From the NCBI GenBank assembly GCA_000934665.2, contig KZ539044.1, positions 1 to 35,624 of the forward strand: a stretch of DNA of 35,624 bases, written 5' to 3'. Source of the stretch: Catajapyx aquilonaris (Eukaryota). Positions 34,693 through 35,624 of this stretch are shown in pieces; the first letter of the stretch is position 1; each line of letters opens with the position of its first letter. Below the pieces are notes generated by a model. That model worked only from the letters and a program-made list of their open reading frames with translations, ran no database searches and was not told the origin of the DNA. A program made the position numbers and the translations under genes.

Positions 34693-35138
34693 CGCCTTAG
34701 TGAATCATAAGGGAGACTTTGCAAGTACCAGTCACAAACTTTCTTGAAATTCGGCGCATTGACATATGTCCCCTCCAATATGGGTCACAGGGTCATTTCG
34801 AGCAGGGAACTATAGGTGCGTTTGTCATACCTTGGTGTGGGCTACCAATGGACCGAATTTGAAGAAAATCGGCGAGGTCGGAATTTTATGATTTGACCTC
34901 TGCCCCCCTCAAAATTGGGTCACGAGGTCATTTTTATCAGGTCACTATAGGTGCGTCTTTCATCCCTTGGGGTGGGCTACCAATGCACCGAATTTCAAGA
35001 AAATCGGTGAGGTTGAAATTTTTTGCGTTGAAAAATGACCCAAGTTGGCAGGGCAAATCTCCGGACATCATATGATGTCCGTAGGCCCTCCAGCAATGCA
35101 AGCTCGGACATCATATGATGGCCGTAGGCACCAAAGGG
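33948..35138. mobile_element. piggyBac-like non-autonomous element with ~130-bp tandem units arranged as inverted arms
   Basis: TTAA flanks; TIR CCCTTTG(A/G)TG; units start at 34026, 34161 and 34289, with inverted copies at ~34790-35015. Confidence 0.8.
34361..34688 (+). mobile_element. tRNA-derived SINE, type A, 5'-truncated, with expanded (ATT)n tail
   Basis: B box GGTTCGAATCC, Lm1-like middle domain; 11-bp TSD TACC(T/C)GCCTTA at 34350-34360 and 34689-34699. Confidence 0.9.
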
Positions 35139-35624
35139 TTAATGCCAACTGAGTTATGAATAATGTACCACTGTCTCAGGGCGGCAAATTCATTAATTAT
35201 ATTCTTGCCATAATATTATTGGATCAGATTTTAATGACAAAACATATCGGTTAAGCTACTTGCAAATTAATTGCGTTACATTCAATTACTGTAAATATTT
35301 CAAGAAATTTCTCAATAACATATAGGACTACTGCATATCCAAAATTATTTCATACCCTCCTCCATTCTCGCTTATATTGTTAAGTGGAAAAAAGATGCTT
35401 TTTAAAACCACCCTCATATTCACTTAAAAATGGACAAAAAAAAATCATCGGGTTTACCACTTATAAACCTACATTTCCACTTAAAAGGGAACGAAAAATA
35501 ACCGGTTTTTATCACTTAAAAATGGCCTCCCTTACCAAAATTTAACATAGCCGCGAGCTTGCCGCTAGGTCGCCAGAAGCTGGCGAGCTCGCCTCAGGAT
35601 AGCCGCCACGTCGCGGGACCTCGC

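Noticed and set aside
35370..35624. CACTTA-rich repeats and a GC-rich repetitive stretch at the right edge
   Set aside because: Probably transposon subterminal sequence, but truncated by the window and not classifiable

Overview
Eukaryotic, intron-rich and transposon-rich DNA, AT-rich overall, probably from an insect or other arthropod (inferred from Lm1-like SINEs and the gene sequences). Three genes are supported. (1) The 5' part of a WDSUB1-like WD40 gene on the minus strand: six coding exons from 9460 down to 2299, apparently continuing off the left edge. (2) A complete five-exon cysteine dioxygenase (CDO1, 201 aa) on the minus strand, 25013 to 18568. (3) An unrecognised 291-aa protein encoded in a single coding exon on the plus strand (16164-17039), convergent with CDO1. 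The rest contains nine copies of a modular tRNA-derived SINE group, most with clear target-site duplications (TSDs), many non-autonomous DNA transposons (Tc1/mariner-, hAT-, piggyBac- and Sola-like, often nested), microsatellites and one assembly gap. The most unusual signal is a ~125-nt SINE-borne module whose helices and a crossing loop-loop pairing covary between subfamilies, together with a 3' tail conserved in structure but not in sequence. No prokaryotic features or CRISPR arrays were seen. All alignments and folds were done by eye.
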